Below are positions 51,051 to 60,909 of a stretch of DNA of 64,000 nt, in pieces. Within the stretch, counting starts at the first letter, position 1. Every line of letters starts with the position of its first letter. The notes under the pieces are model-generated. The model did no database searches, was not told where the DNA came from, and worked only from the letters and a program-made list of their open reading frames with translations. The position numbers were made by a program, and so were the translations under genes. The stretch comes from Desulfomonilia bacterium (GTDB lineage Bacteria; Desulfobacterota; Desulfomonilia; UBA1062). The stretch is from NCBI GenBank assembly GCA_963664325.2, contig CAXXDQ010000003.1:448001-512000 (forward strand). Direction: 5' to 3'.

Positions 51051-51908
51051 TTATCCTTTTTCACGGCTTCTAATATGCCTCTTGAAGAAAAACTGTAATG
51101 TGCCTTTTTCTTGTGGCGCATTAATACTATCTATTCTTTTTACAATTGCGGCCAATCTTCTGGTAGCTTCACTGCCGGGGTTGGTCTCAACAAAAGCCCT
51201 CTGTTCTCTTATGCTCTCCGGTATAATAGAATCATGCGGAATACTCCCAAGCATGTCAAGGGCAATATCCCCAAAAAATTTATCACATGCAAAAATTAAT
51301 TTTTTTATTACCTCCTTACCCTCATATGTAGAGAGCACATTATTGATGATAATTTCAAATCTTTTTATATTGAACCTGGCTCTCATGACTTTGATAAGGG
51401 CATATGCATCTGTTAAAGATGTGGGTTCAGGCGTTACAACGACGATGATTCTTTGTGCGGCGGAATTGAAGTATATGACATTTCCGGATATTCCGGCGCC
51501 GGTATCAACAAGCATATAATCGAAATCTTCATGATAATTATCCAGCGCATTTATCAGCATAAGCTGCTGTTCATATGACAGGACCGATAGTTCCTGAATC
51601 CCCGAAGAAGCAGGTAAAATCTTTATTCCTCCAGGTCCCTCAATAAGAATATCTTTGATTTTACAGTCACCCTGAAGCAGATGGTTGATATTATATTTGG
51701 CTGACAGTCCAAGCATAACATCTATATTCGCCAGTCCGAGGTCCGCATCAAACACAAGTACTTTCTTCCCCATGGATGAAAGAAGTATTGCCATATTAGC
51801 CACAATACTGGTTTTGCCGACCCCGCCCTTGCCTGATGTAATTGAGATTACCTGCGGAGAATTTTTCTTATTGCCGGATCGTTTATCAGTTTCAGGCCTG
51901 GGCATCAT
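51051..51908 (-). CDS. flhG: FlhG/FleN MinD-family ATPase
   Basis: ITSGKGGVGKT, DADLGLANID, DTGAGIS, PEPTSLTDAYALIK; directly upstream of fliA. Confidence 0.9.
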   Translation of the reverse strand: MMPRPETDKRSGNKKNSPQVISITSGKGGVGKTSIVANMAILLSSMGKKVLVFDADLGLANIDVMLGLSAKYNINHLLQGDCKIKDILIEGPGGIKILPASSGIQELSVLSYEQQLMLINALDNYHEDFDYMLVDTGAGISGNVIYFNSAAQRIIVVVTPEPTSLTDAYALIKVMRARFNIKRFEIIINNVLSTYEGKEVIKKLIFACDKFFGDIALDMLGSIPHDSIIPESIREQRAFVETNPGSEATRRLAAIVKRIDSINAPQEKGTLQFFFKRHIRSREKG

Positions 51909-52055
51909 TTTATTAAATCCCCTTCACTGCTACTTATTATATTGCAAAACCAATATGTCAATCTCAAGATTGAAAGCTATATTAACTGTACATGTAAATA
52001 AGATTTGAGTATTTATTTTTTAAAGTATTTTAAAAGATTTTAAAAGAGAGGAATT

Positions 52056-52235
52056 ATGAAAGTTTTAAAAGAGTTGAGAAAATCTAATGGAACAGCTCTG
52101 AATGTCCTTTCCGGGAAATGTGCAATATCCGAAAAAAACTGGACCGATACGAACATAAACTCCCTAAAAGACCCTGCAAGAGGGTTTTTGGTAAGATTTG
52201 ACCAGCTCCGGATATTTCTTTCGGGGATTTTATGA
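52056..52235 (+). CDS. Possible 59-aa small ORF (shorter than any tracked ORF)
   Basis: RBS GAGAGG then ATG 52056: MKVLKELRKSNGTALNVLSGKCAISEKNWTDTNINSLKDPARGFLVRFDQLRIFLSGIL*. Confidence 0.3.
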   Translation: MKVLKELRKSNGTALNVLSGKCAISEKNWTDTNINSLKDPARGFLVRFDQLRIFLSGIL

Positions 52236-52377
52236 TGATAAAAAACAATTATAGTGCCGATATTGTGAAAATCGGACTAGGTAATGGGAACTAAATGTCT
52301 TCGGATGTGATAAGGTGTGGGACTGTTTACAGAAAATGGTTTTCTAACCGAATTTTCTTTTATACTGTGAGAAGTCT

Positions 52378-53220
52378 ATGAAACAGGTTTTCAAGCTATA
52401 TGGAAAATTTATTATTACCAAGCCTTTGAGTCTGTTCCTTGTCCTCGCCGTCTGTTCACTGGCCACTGCGCAGCTTGTACTTTTATCCAATATATCTGAA
52501 GCCCTTGTAAGTGAGAATATTCTGCCTGAATCGGTCAGAACGATAATGGTTTTTATAAAAAGCGGCACGTCTCAGGAAGAAATACAAAAGTTGCAGTCTG
52601 GTTTAGCCGGGATTAAGGGTGTTGATAGAACCATGTTTATTTCCCGGAAAGAGGGACTGAAAAAAATGAAGGAATGGCTCGGCAGCGACAGCCAGGTTGT
52701 ATCAGGCTTTGATGATAACATTCTGCCTGATGCCGTCGCTGTTATTCTTAAAGACTCTCATTTGTCATTAATGAAAAAAATCTCGACGGATATTGAAAAA
52801 ATTCCCGGTATTGATCAGACGAGGTACAACATTGAACTTGCAGGACGTACTGCATCTCTTTTTAAAGGATTTTCTGAACTGGTGATTTATATTCTTGGAT
52901 TGTATGCATTTTGCCTTGGTTTTCTTATATTTTGTTCAAATAAAATAAGACTGACAAAAAAGAATCCGCTGCTGTCTTACCGAGAGAGCCACCTATCTGT
53001 GAACCTGGCGATTTTTCTGGAAGGGGTTACATACACATTGATAGCAGCAGCAGTCGGAAGATATCTTGCTTATGTTGCGGCTGGGCAGGCGGCACTGATA
53101 GTGCCGGAAATAAGAAATCTTGTAACAATGCTGAATCTGAAGCCGGTATTAATCGGCATTGGTTTTTCTGCCTTATTCGGCATAGCTGGAACGGTCTTTT
53201 CCTTAAAGGTGCGGGAGTGA
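52378..53220 (+). CDS. ftsX: FtsX-like permease (divergent)
   Basis: TM1, extracellular domain (IMVFIK...FISRKEGLKKMKEWLG...NILPDAV), three further TMs; upstream of an envC-like gene. Confidence 0.72.
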   Translation: MKQVFKLYGKFIITKPLSLFLVLAVCSLATAQLVLLSNISEALVSENILPESVRTIMVFIKSGTSQEEIQKLQSGLAGIKGVDRTMFISRKEGLKKMKEWLGSDSQVVSGFDDNILPDAVAVILKDSHLSLMKKISTDIEKIPGIDQTRYNIELAGRTASLFKGFSELVIYILGLYAFCLGFLIFCSNKIRLTKKNPLLSYRESHLSVNLAIFLEGVTYTLIAAAVGRYLAYVAAGQAALIVPEIRNLVTMLNLKPVLIGIGFSALFGIAGTVFSLKVRE

Positions 53221-54278
53221 GGATCTGTCTTAGTTTATTTGTAGTTATTCTGATGGTTCCTTTTGTTGTATGTCCTGCAAGCCTGGAAACAAGGATAAAA
53301 AAACTGGGTGAGAAGGCAAAGGTTGTTGATACCAGAAGGGCAACCGAAGAAAGGAATCTTCATTCAATTGATATAAAGCTCCGTTCAATGGAAAAAGATA
53401 TCTCAAGCCTTAAAAAAGTTATTGAACAGCGAAGAATGAAGATAATCGAGACATCAAGCCTGATTAAACTGTATGATGACGAACTCAAAAAGAACGAGGA
53501 AATATTAAGAGATAAAATCATCGACCTTTACAAAGCCCAGACCGTAGATTCCATTGAGAGTTTTTCAGGCCGGAGCAATCTGGCTCCGTATGCGGTTGTA
53601 TCAATATATGCAAGTGTCAAGGAGACGGAGAGATACAGACGCATGAAGGAACTGAAGGAGGAGGCTAAAAATTCTCTGGAAGAAGAGGAAGCAGCATTAA
53701 AAAAAGATATGAAAAAACTTGATAAAAAGATTTCCGAACTAGAAACAGAAAAGCAGAAAAAAAACAAGCTGCTTATTTCCCTGAAAAAAGAATCCATAAC
53801 ATATAAAAGTGAAATTGAAAGACTGATGCGTCAGCTTACGCAGAGAAAAAAATCAGAAGTTGTCATACCGGGAACAGGTCTCGCCAAGTTTAAGGGTATG
53901 CTGCCCTGGCCTGTTAAGGGGAAAGTTGTCCAGGGATTTGGCCGGCACAAAGAAACCGGAGTTTTGCAGATATCCCAGGGCATTGATATCAAGGCCCAGT
54001 CCGGAGAAAAGGTTAAATGCATTTATAAGGGCAAAGTAGTGTATTCAGGCTGGCTTGATATATTCGGTAACACCTTGATTGTTGATCATGGAAACGGATT
54101 CCATTCGGTTTACGGTTTCCTCGGGAAAGCAATAAAATCGCCGGGGCAGGATGTTGAAGCAAATGATTACATCGGTGTTACCGGTGAAGATGTTACACCG
54201 CCTGGAGCCAACCTTCATTTCGAGATAAGGTATAAGGGCAATGCCCTTGATCCTGCCAAGTGGCTGGAAGGAAGATAG
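53217..54278 (+). CDS. EnvC-like coiled-coil M23 protein (murein hydrolase activator)
   Basis: Signal peptide, long coiled coil, LPWPVKG, GIDI, DHGNG, LHFEIR; M23 zinc ligands degenerate as in EnvC. Confidence 0.85.
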   Translation: MRICLSLFVVILMVPFVVCPASLETRIKKLGEKAKVVDTRRATEERNLHSIDIKLRSMEKDISSLKKVIEQRRMKIIETSSLIKLYDDELKKNEEILRDKIIDLYKAQTVDSIESFSGRSNLAPYAVVSIYASVKETERYRRMKELKEEAKNSLEEEEAALKKDMKKLDKKISELETEKQKKNKLLISLKKESITYKSEIERLMRQLTQRKKSEVVIPGTGLAKFKGMLPWPVKGKVVQGFGRHKETGVLQISQGIDIKAQSGEKVKCIYKGKVVYSGWLDIFGNTLIVDHGNGFHSVYGFLGKAIKSPGQDVEANDYIGVTGEDVTPPGANLHFEIRYKGNALDPAKWLEGR

Positions 54279-54351
54279 TTATTATTTTACTAAAATTATG
54301 GATGTGTTATAGGGCAGGTATCCTTGGAGCAAGGAGAATACAGGAGATTAT

Positions 54352-55641
54352 ATGAATAGAACCGGTAAGTTGTGGGTAATCGTAATTATATTGATATTTC
54401 TTTCTTCAGTCTTTTTCCTTTATAAAGCGAGATTGCTTAACGCCGACACGCTTAAAATGTATCCGCAGCTTGAGAAATTCACAGACTGTCTTGAAATAAT
54501 TGAAAAGAACTATGTTGATGTCGTTCCGCCTGAAAAGCTCATTGAAGGGGCGATCAAGGGCATGATGTCCACCCTGGATCCCCATTCTGCCTACCTTACA
54601 AAGGATGCCTACAAAGAAATGCAGATCAGCACCACCGGATCTTTTGGGGGGCTGGGTATAGAAATCGGAATGAGAGACGGCATACTGACTGTAATTACAC
54701 CAATTGAAGGGACTCCCGCATTTGAAGCTAAAATACAACCCGGGGACAGGGTCCTTGAAATCGATGGTAAAACAACCTATGAAATGACGCTGGAAGATGC
54801 AGTCAAGCTTTTAAGGGGGCCAAAAGGAACAAAGGTTACAATCAAGATACAAAGAGGCACGGACGAAAAACCCTTCGAGGTGACGATAACAAGGGCCATC
54901 ATTCATATTGAAAGCGCAAAATCAATGATGCTCGAGCCCGGGTATGGTTATATCAGGATAAGACAATTTCAGATTGATACTACCGATGCAATCAAAAAGG
55001 CTCTGGTAACAATGGTACCGTTGAAAGGTCTTATCCTTGATTTGAGATATGATCCAGGTGGACTGTTAAGCCAGGCTGTAGATGTTAGCGACCTGTTCCT
55101 CGATGAAGGCAAGAAGATAGTTTACACTTCAGGAAGGGCGCAGGAGGACAAGAAGGAATATATATCCAAAAAGGGAGACAAGGCATATGAGGATTTCCCT
55201 ATAGTCGTACTGATAAACGGCGGAACAGCCAGTGCGGCAGAGATCGTTGCCGGAGCGCTTCAGGACAACAAGCGCGGAGTTGTTCTAGGGACAAAAAGTT
55301 TCGGCAAGGCCTCCGTTCAGATTATCAGGCCTTTATCTGACGGCTCGGCTCTAAAACTGACTATTGCAAGATATTATACACCATCCGGCAGGGATATTCA
55401 GGCAACAGGGATTATTCCAGACATAGTGCTTGATCAGGCGGTAAAAGACAACAATGAGGGCGACGACCTGAAGTTCATAAGGGAAAAAGATCTTAAGCAG
55501 CACCTTGAACCGTCGGGGAAAGAAGACGATTCAAAAGCGGATCCTGTGCAGAAGATGCTCAAAATTGATAATCAGCTGAAATATGCACTGGATATTCTGA
55601 AGTCCTGGAGGATTTTCAGTACAGTACAAAAAACACCATGA
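54352..55641 (+). CDS. ctpA: S41 family carboxy-terminal protease
   Basis: LDPHS, PDZ GGLGI, LDLRYDPGG, ASAAEIVAGALQD, FGKASVQ. Confidence 0.95.
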   Translation: MNRTGKLWVIVIILIFLSSVFFLYKARLLNADTLKMYPQLEKFTDCLEIIEKNYVDVVPPEKLIEGAIKGMMSTLDPHSAYLTKDAYKEMQISTTGSFGGLGIEIGMRDGILTVITPIEGTPAFEAKIQPGDRVLEIDGKTTYEMTLEDAVKLLRGPKGTKVTIKIQRGTDEKPFEVTITRAIIHIESAKSMMLEPGYGYIRIRQFQIDTTDAIKKALVTMVPLKGLILDLRYDPGGLLSQAVDVSDLFLDEGKKIVYTSGRAQEDKKEYISKKGDKAYEDFPIVVLINGGTASAAEIVAGALQDNKRGVVLGTKSFGKASVQIIRPLSDGSALKLTIARYYTPSGRDIQATGIIPDIVLDQAVKDNNEGDDLKFIREKDLKQHLEPSGKEDDSKADPVQKMLKIDNQLKYALDILKSWRIFSTVQKTP

Positions 55642-56735
55642 GCAGTTCAGACAAACAGAAAAAAACCATATTGGCAATGATGGTTATTATAGCCGTCATT
55701 GCCGGTTTAATAATATTCTTTGAAAAAGGCCTTATAAGAATTAAAGAGCCCTCCCATGGCATACCCTCAAAGCCCGTTATTAAAAGGATAGACCCTCTCT
55801 TAGCCATTAAAGGATGTCTTTTTGATATGGGGGTTATTAAAGGGGATGTGGAGTTTAACGGCAATAGAATTGTTGTAAAGGTAAAGGAAAAAATTCCCGG
55901 GGATAAGCTTAGAGAATTGTTTGAACCTGTAAATAAAATAGGCAGAGTCGAGATCAGGGATAGCAGGCATGTCAATATTGTTCTGGATAGCCACGAATGG
56001 GAAATTGAAATTGTTTATCCCTCCGAAGCCGCCACTTCCATTCCAGAAGTAATAAAACCGGGCATAGGGAAAAAGGCCAGAATAGCAATTATAATTGATG
56101 ATATGGGCATGAGCCTCAAGACCGCCTCACGTCTGGCACAGATTGATCGCGATTTGAGTTTTTCAGTTCTGCCTTATACAGAAAGGTCGAAAGACGTAGC
56201 AATGTTCCTTCATTCAAGGGGGTGTGATGTGCTGGTGCACCTGCCAATGGAGGGGGTGGCGGGAAAAAATCCGGGCAAAGGGGCAATATTGTCATATATG
56301 GATAATGATAAGGTTTTTGCAGTACTTAAAGATGATCTGAATAATATACCTTATGCAATAGGGGCCAGCAATCACATGGGTTCTAAAATAACACAGGATA
56401 AAGAAAAAATGACCGTGATTCTCGATGAATTAAAAAAAAGGGGGTTGTTTTATATCGACAGTATGACTGCACCGAATTCCATATGTTCAGTTGTTGCAGG
56501 TGATGTTGGAGAGCCTTTTGCCAGGCGTGATGTTTTCCTGGATAATGAACTCGATTCCTTATATATATCAGGGCAGCTCGAGAGTCTTAAAAAGATTGCC
56601 GTGAAAAACGGGTATGCAATAGGTATTTGCCATCCGCATGAAGAAACGATAGCTGTTCTTGAGAAAGAGATTCCAAGGCTGAAATCCCAGGGGATTGAAC
56701 TTGAACCTGTATCTAAGTTTGTAAGAAAAAGATGA
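55638..56735 (+). CDS. Divergent polysaccharide deacetylase family protein (YibQ-like)
   Basis: AIIIDDMG, HLPME, SNHMGS, IDS, RDVFLDN, ICHP. Confidence 0.92.
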   Translation: MSSSDKQKKTILAMMVIIAVIAGLIIFFEKGLIRIKEPSHGIPSKPVIKRIDPLLAIKGCLFDMGVIKGDVEFNGNRIVVKVKEKIPGDKLRELFEPVNKIGRVEIRDSRHVNIVLDSHEWEIEIVYPSEAATSIPEVIKPGIGKKARIAIIIDDMGMSLKTASRLAQIDRDLSFSVLPYTERSKDVAMFLHSRGCDVLVHLPMEGVAGKNPGKGAILSYMDNDKVFAVLKDDLNNIPYAIGASNHMGSKITQDKEKMTVILDELKKRGLFYIDSMTAPNSICSVVAGDVGEPFARRDVFLDNELDSLYISGQLESLKKIAVKNGYAIGICHPHEETIAVLEKEIPRLKSQGIELEPVSKFVRKR

Positions 56736-56739
56736 ATTA

Positions 56740-57165
56740 TATAATGTACCACGTTTTTTAGACCACAGAATAAAGTGGATTTCAGGATAGGATTTATTGA
56801 AGATTTTGTGATGAGATGATCGAGAATCATATTAGCGGGGTTGATATGAACAAGAGAAGAACGCCCACTAATGAATTCAAGGCAAGGGTGGCGCTTGAGG
56901 ATGTCCGTGGTGACAAGATGATAAACGAGATAGTATCTGATTATAAAATTCATCCCATTATGATTGCCAAGTGGAAAAATCAATTTATGGAAAGAATAGC
57001 CGGATGTGTTTGAATATGGAATGAAGGAAAAACCCGATGATGCTGAAAAGGAATAGCTTTACTAACAGATAGGAAAAAGTGAGATCGAATTGGACTGGTT
57101 GAAAAAAAGTCGGACTTATCAGTTGATGAAAAGCGGATGCTGAACGATTCTGAACATGACATGTA
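56740..57165 (+). mobile_element. Decayed IS3-family element (orfA fragment and start of orfB)
   Basis: ATG 56846 MNKRRTPTNEFKARVALE...IHPIMIAKWK, then a broken LY*QIGKSEIELDWLKK, slippery AAAAAAAG at 57102-57109, -1 frame SDLSVDEKRML; internal stops; no DDE domain. Confidence 0.8.
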
Positions 57166-57372
57166 ATTACACCCACCCCGTTTTCCGATTAGCCCTAAAT
57201 TTATAAATTATATAGTTTTGGGAGCATATTTCTAAGGTTATAGCTGAGCATGATTTACCTTTCACAAGGTGTTAGTTTTGAGAGGATATGAGTTTCACAA
57301 GGATATAACAGTTCTTTTATTTCACCGTTTGTTATCTGATCTGTGTGGAAAGCATCTTTACGACTTGTTGTT

Positions 57373-58548
57373 CTATTTTTTGATTTCTTTCTCAGTAAGG
57401 TAACAGGCCGGGTCTTCGCTCCAGGGATCACCGGTTGCCGCTTCAGCCCTTGCTCTGAAATTTCCGGCACATACATCCAGCCATCTGCAGCTTGCACACC
57501 TGCCTGTAACATAATTTTTCTTATTTTTAAGTTTCATGAGGAATTCGTTGCTCTTATCATCCCATATTTCTGAAAAAGCCTTTTCCAGAACATTTCCAAG
57601 CACCTTGTTTCGCCAGAATTGGTCGGGATATACGTCGCCGTCCCAGTTGATGGAACCGATCCCGACTCCGGTTGAATTGCCGGCATTCATTTTCAAAAGC
57701 TCAAGTACATCACCAGCCCTTGGATCCTTTCGCTCAAGCATTTTCAGATATATATACGGTCCGTCCGCATGGTTGTCCACGGTCAGTACTTCCAGGAGCT
57801 TGCCCTTCTCAATGAGGGCTTTTGTCCTGTCCATGATAATTTCGAGTGTCGCGCGTGTCTGGTCATGGGGAAGGTCTTCTTCCATGAGATTTTTGCCGCG
57901 GCCTGAATAAACAAGGTGATAGAAGCATACCCTGGGTATGCCCTGGCGTTCCATGAGGTCGAAGATCTTCGGTATTTCCAGGAAATTCCTTTTGTTCATT
58001 GTGAAGCGAAGCCCCACTTTTATTCCGGCGTGCATGGCATTATCAATGCCTCTTAAGGCATTTGAGAACGCCCCGTCTACTCCCCTGAATCTGTCGTTCA
58101 CCTCTTCAAGACCGTCAAGGCTGACTCCGATATATGATAATCCCATATCGCCCAGGATTACCGCTTTTTCCTTTGTTATCAATGTCCCGTTTGTAGATAT
58201 CACAGCCCTCATGCCTGCCGATGTTGCCGCGTTGATAAGTTCGGGCAGGTCTTCCCTTATCAGGGGTTCGCCTCCGGAAAAGAGGACTACAGGCACATCA
58301 TAGTCCTTAAGGCCGGAGATCAGTTGAAGTCCCTGTCTGGTTGTCAGTTCCCTGCATGTCCCGGTTACCGATGCATAGCAGTGAACGCATTTGAGGTTGC
58401 ATCTGCCGGTTATATTCCAGACAATAACCGGTTTCTTGTCTTCAGAGAACTGCAGGAGGTGCGATGGCAGTTCATTTGACCTCCTTGAATATCTGAGCGG
58501 ATCAGACGCCTCGACTGTGCCGCAATATAGTTTGGATATACCGATCAA
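57373..58548 (-). CDS. ahbC: 12,18-didecarboxysiroheme deacetylase (alternative heme pathway radical SAM)
   Basis: MIGISKLYCG N-terminus, KKPVIVWNITGRCNLKCVHCY, YHLVYSGRG, LTVDNHADG, C-terminal SPASM Cys, DPACYL. Confidence 0.9.
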   Translation of the reverse strand: MIGISKLYCGTVEASDPLRYSRRSNELPSHLLQFSEDKKPVIVWNITGRCNLKCVHCYASVTGTCRELTTRQGLQLISGLKDYDVPVVLFSGGEPLIREDLPELINAATSAGMRAVISTNGTLITKEKAVILGDMGLSYIGVSLDGLEEVNDRFRGVDGAFSNALRGIDNAMHAGIKVGLRFTMNKRNFLEIPKIFDLMERQGIPRVCFYHLVYSGRGKNLMEEDLPHDQTRATLEIIMDRTKALIEKGKLLEVLTVDNHADGPYIYLKMLERKDPRAGDVLELLKMNAGNSTGVGIGSINWDGDVYPDQFWRNKVLGNVLEKAFSEIWDDKSNEFLMKLKNKKNYVTGRCASCRWLDVCAGNFRARAEAATGDPWSEDPACYLTEKEIKK

Positions 58549-60026
58549 GAGACATCTCCCTTCATCAACTCCATGATCCCTTCGTCCGTGTACTCTTTTG
58601 CATAAGCAGAAGCCCTGATGCCGAGTTTTTCCATGGCCTCGGCTGTTACCGGGCCGATGGCAATAAGGGTTTTTTCCTTGATCTTATCGATCTTATCCCC
58701 TGCCAGCACAACCGCGTTTCTGGCCCCGGACGGGCTTGTGAAAACTATGGTATCGCTCTTTTTCACAAACGAAAGGAATGTTCCGGCATCAGCATGTTCC
58801 GGCATGGCCGTCTCATAGACGAAGATTTCCTCAAGCTCTGCCCCACGCGCTCTGAGTGCATCGGCAAGGAAGGGCCTTGCATCCCTGGCCCTGGGCAGGC
58901 AGATTTTCAAATCTTTAAGATCCCGGCCCTCAAGCAATTCCATTATACCCTCAGCCCTGAATTCTTCTGCCATCCTGTCTGCCTTGATCCCGAATGATGA
59001 CAGAACATCCCTGGTTTTAGGACCTATACATATTACTTCTATTCCTGCCAGGGCTCTGGCATCAAGACCTTCAGCTGAAAGGGATTTAAAAAATAACGGG
59101 ACTGCGTTCTGGGAAGTGAAGATGATCATGTCATATTTGGAAACGTCATTAATGGTGAACGGAATTTCTCTCAACTCGATGAGTGGGTAAATAAAAACCT
59201 GAGCCCCCAGGGCCGAAAAGGCATCTGCCGTTTTATAAGACAAATGTGCAGGCCTTGTAATAAGGACGGTTCTTCCTGAAAGGGGTTTTTCCTTAAAACC
59301 GAACAGTTCTTTGCTTAAGCCTGCTACTTTGCCGACGACAATTATACACGGGGAACCCATACCGCTCTTTTCCGCCGCAGTTCCCATCTCAGCAAGTGTT
59401 GACGCTACATGTTTTTGCGATGGGAGTGTCGCATCCTGAATGATCGCGCAGGGTGTTGAGGCATTCATTCCTTCCCTGATAAGCGCCTCGGAAATTTCAT
59501 TTATCCTTCCCGCTCCCATTAAAAAGACGAGCGTGCCTGTTTCCTTTGCAAGCAGGTTCCAGTCAAGGAAGCCCGATTCCTTTGAAGGGTCTTCATGCGC
59601 CGTTACGATTTTAAGCGATGCGGCGAGCCCCCTGTGGGTGGGAGGTATGCCCGCGCTGATGGGTCCCGCGATCGCAGAACTTATGCCCGGGATGATCTCG
59701 AAGGGTATGCCGTTCTCTTTCAGGAAAAGCGCCTCTTCCCCGCCCCTTCCGAACACGCAGGGGTCGCCTCCCTTCAGCCTGGCGACTGTAAGCCCTCTTT
59801 TTGAAAGCTCCAGCAGGAGGTTGTTGATCTGGGGCTGTTTTGTGTAGTCTTTTCCGGCGCGCTTTCCAACGTAGTATTTTTCTGCGGCTGGCTTTGCCAG
59901 CATCAGTACTTCATCAGGGATCAGGTCATCATACACAACGGCATCACACCCGGGAATTATTCCTGCTGCTTTCACGGTAATCAGGCCGGGGTCTCCCGGG
60001 CCGGTCCCAATCAGATATACCTTCAT
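58545..60026 (-). CDS. cobA: Uroporphyrinogen-III C-methyltransferase / uroporphyrinogen-III synthase fusion (CobA-HemD)
   Basis: Start moved to ATG 60026; VYLIGTGPGDPGL, RLKGGDPCVFGRGGEE, then LITRP, FTSQNAV, FTSPS, IGPVTA. Confidence 0.93.
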   Translation of the reverse strand: MKVYLIGTGPGDPGLITVKAAGIIPGCDAVVYDDLIPDEVLMLAKPAAEKYYVGKRAGKDYTKQPQINNLLLELSKRGLTVARLKGGDPCVFGRGGEEALFLKENGIPFEIIPGISSAIAGPISAGIPPTHRGLAASLKIVTAHEDPSKESGFLDWNLLAKETGTLVFLMGAGRINEISEALIREGMNASTPCAIIQDATLPSQKHVASTLAEMGTAAEKSGMGSPCIIVVGKVAGLSKELFGFKEKPLSGRTVLITRPAHLSYKTADAFSALGAQVFIYPLIELREIPFTINDVSKYDMIIFTSQNAVPLFFKSLSAEGLDARALAGIEVICIGPKTRDVLSSFGIKADRMAEEFRAEGIMELLEGRDLKDLKICLPRARDARPFLADALRARGAELEEIFVYETAMPEHADAGTFLSFVKKSDTIVFTSPSGARNAVVLAGDKIDKIKEKTLIAIGPVTAEAMEKLGIRASAYAKEYTDEGIMELMKGDVS

Positions 60027-60027
60027 T

Positions 60028-60909
60028 CTAAGATTTCCTCCCAAGCTTCTCAAGCAGGGTTTCAGCCAGCACGGCGCCTATCTCAGGCGTCAGGCTTCTG
60101 CCGGCTGTCCTTACAATATGGCTTCCGTCTGCGGTTGCAAGCATGGCGCTCATGGATATCTCATTGTCCGATATTTTTGCATAAGCTGCCGCCGGAATCC
60201 TGCAGTCGGCCCCGAGCCTTGCCAGAAATCCCCTTTCGGCAAGCGCGCATATCCTTGTTTCAGGATCGTTAAGCTTGTCAATAAAAAGGTTCAGCTTTTC
60301 ATCTCCCTGCCTGGTCTCGATTGCAATTATACCCTGTCCGGGCGAGGGTATCATTTCATTTAAATCAATGGCAACTCCGGTGTTTAACCTGAGCCTTTTA
60401 ATTCCGGCCGCGGCAAGTATCACCGCATCGAGGTCCTTTTCAATCCTCTTGAGCCTTGTGGGCACGTTGCCCCTTATCTCCACACAAACAATATCCGGCC
60501 TGATATTCTTAAGCTGGCATATGCGGCGCAGGCTTGAGGTGCCGACCCGGGCGGATTCGGGCAAGCTTCTTATCGTATATCCTTGTTTGGAAAAAAGCAT
60601 GTCGCAAGGGTCTTCGCGCAACAGATAAGCCGCAATAAAAAGTCCGTCAGGCGATATTGACTGCATGTCCTTCAGGCTGTGGACAGCCATGTCGATTTCA
60701 TCCGACAACAGGGCGTTTTCGAGCTCTTTTACAAAAACGCCCTTGCCGCCGATAAGCGTAAGCGGTTCAGTCGAGTTGTCTCCAGCTGTCTTTATCACCG
60801 ATACCTCAATGTTCAGGCCGGGATTAACGGACAGCATCAGTTTTTTAACAATCTCTGTCTGTGCGAGAGCGAGGGCGCTACCCCTTGTGCCTATCCTTAT
60901 GTTCGTCAT
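60028..60909 (-). CDS. hemC: Hydroxymethylbilane synthase (porphobilinogen deaminase)
   Basis: IGTRGSALALAQ, GKGVFVKELE, AVHSLKD, GTSSLRR, IRGNV. Confidence 0.96.
   Translation of the reverse strand: MTNIRIGTRGSALALAQTEIVKKLMLSVNPGLNIEVSVIKTAGDNSTEPLTLIGGKGVFVKELENALLSDEIDMAVHSLKDMQSISPDGLFIAAYLLREDPCDMLFSKQGYTIRSLPESARVGTSSLRRICQLKNIRPDIVCVEIRGNVPTRLKRIEKDLDAVILAAAGIKRLRLNTGVAIDLNEMIPSPGQGIIAIETRQGDEKLNLFIDKLNDPETRICALAERGFLARLGADCRIPAAAYAKISDNEISMSAMLATADGSHIVRTAGRSLTPEIGAVLAETLLEKLGRKS

Noticed and set aside
51936-51961. Perfect TTGACA and TATAAT boxes upstream of flhG
   Set aside because: The spacer is only 14 nt, too short for a canonical sigma70 promoter, so it was not called.
52101-52230. 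Assignment of the structured segment to 6S RNA or a c-di-GMP riboswitch
   Set aside because: It lacks recognisable conserved sequence motifs and the usual context; kept only as an unassigned candidate.
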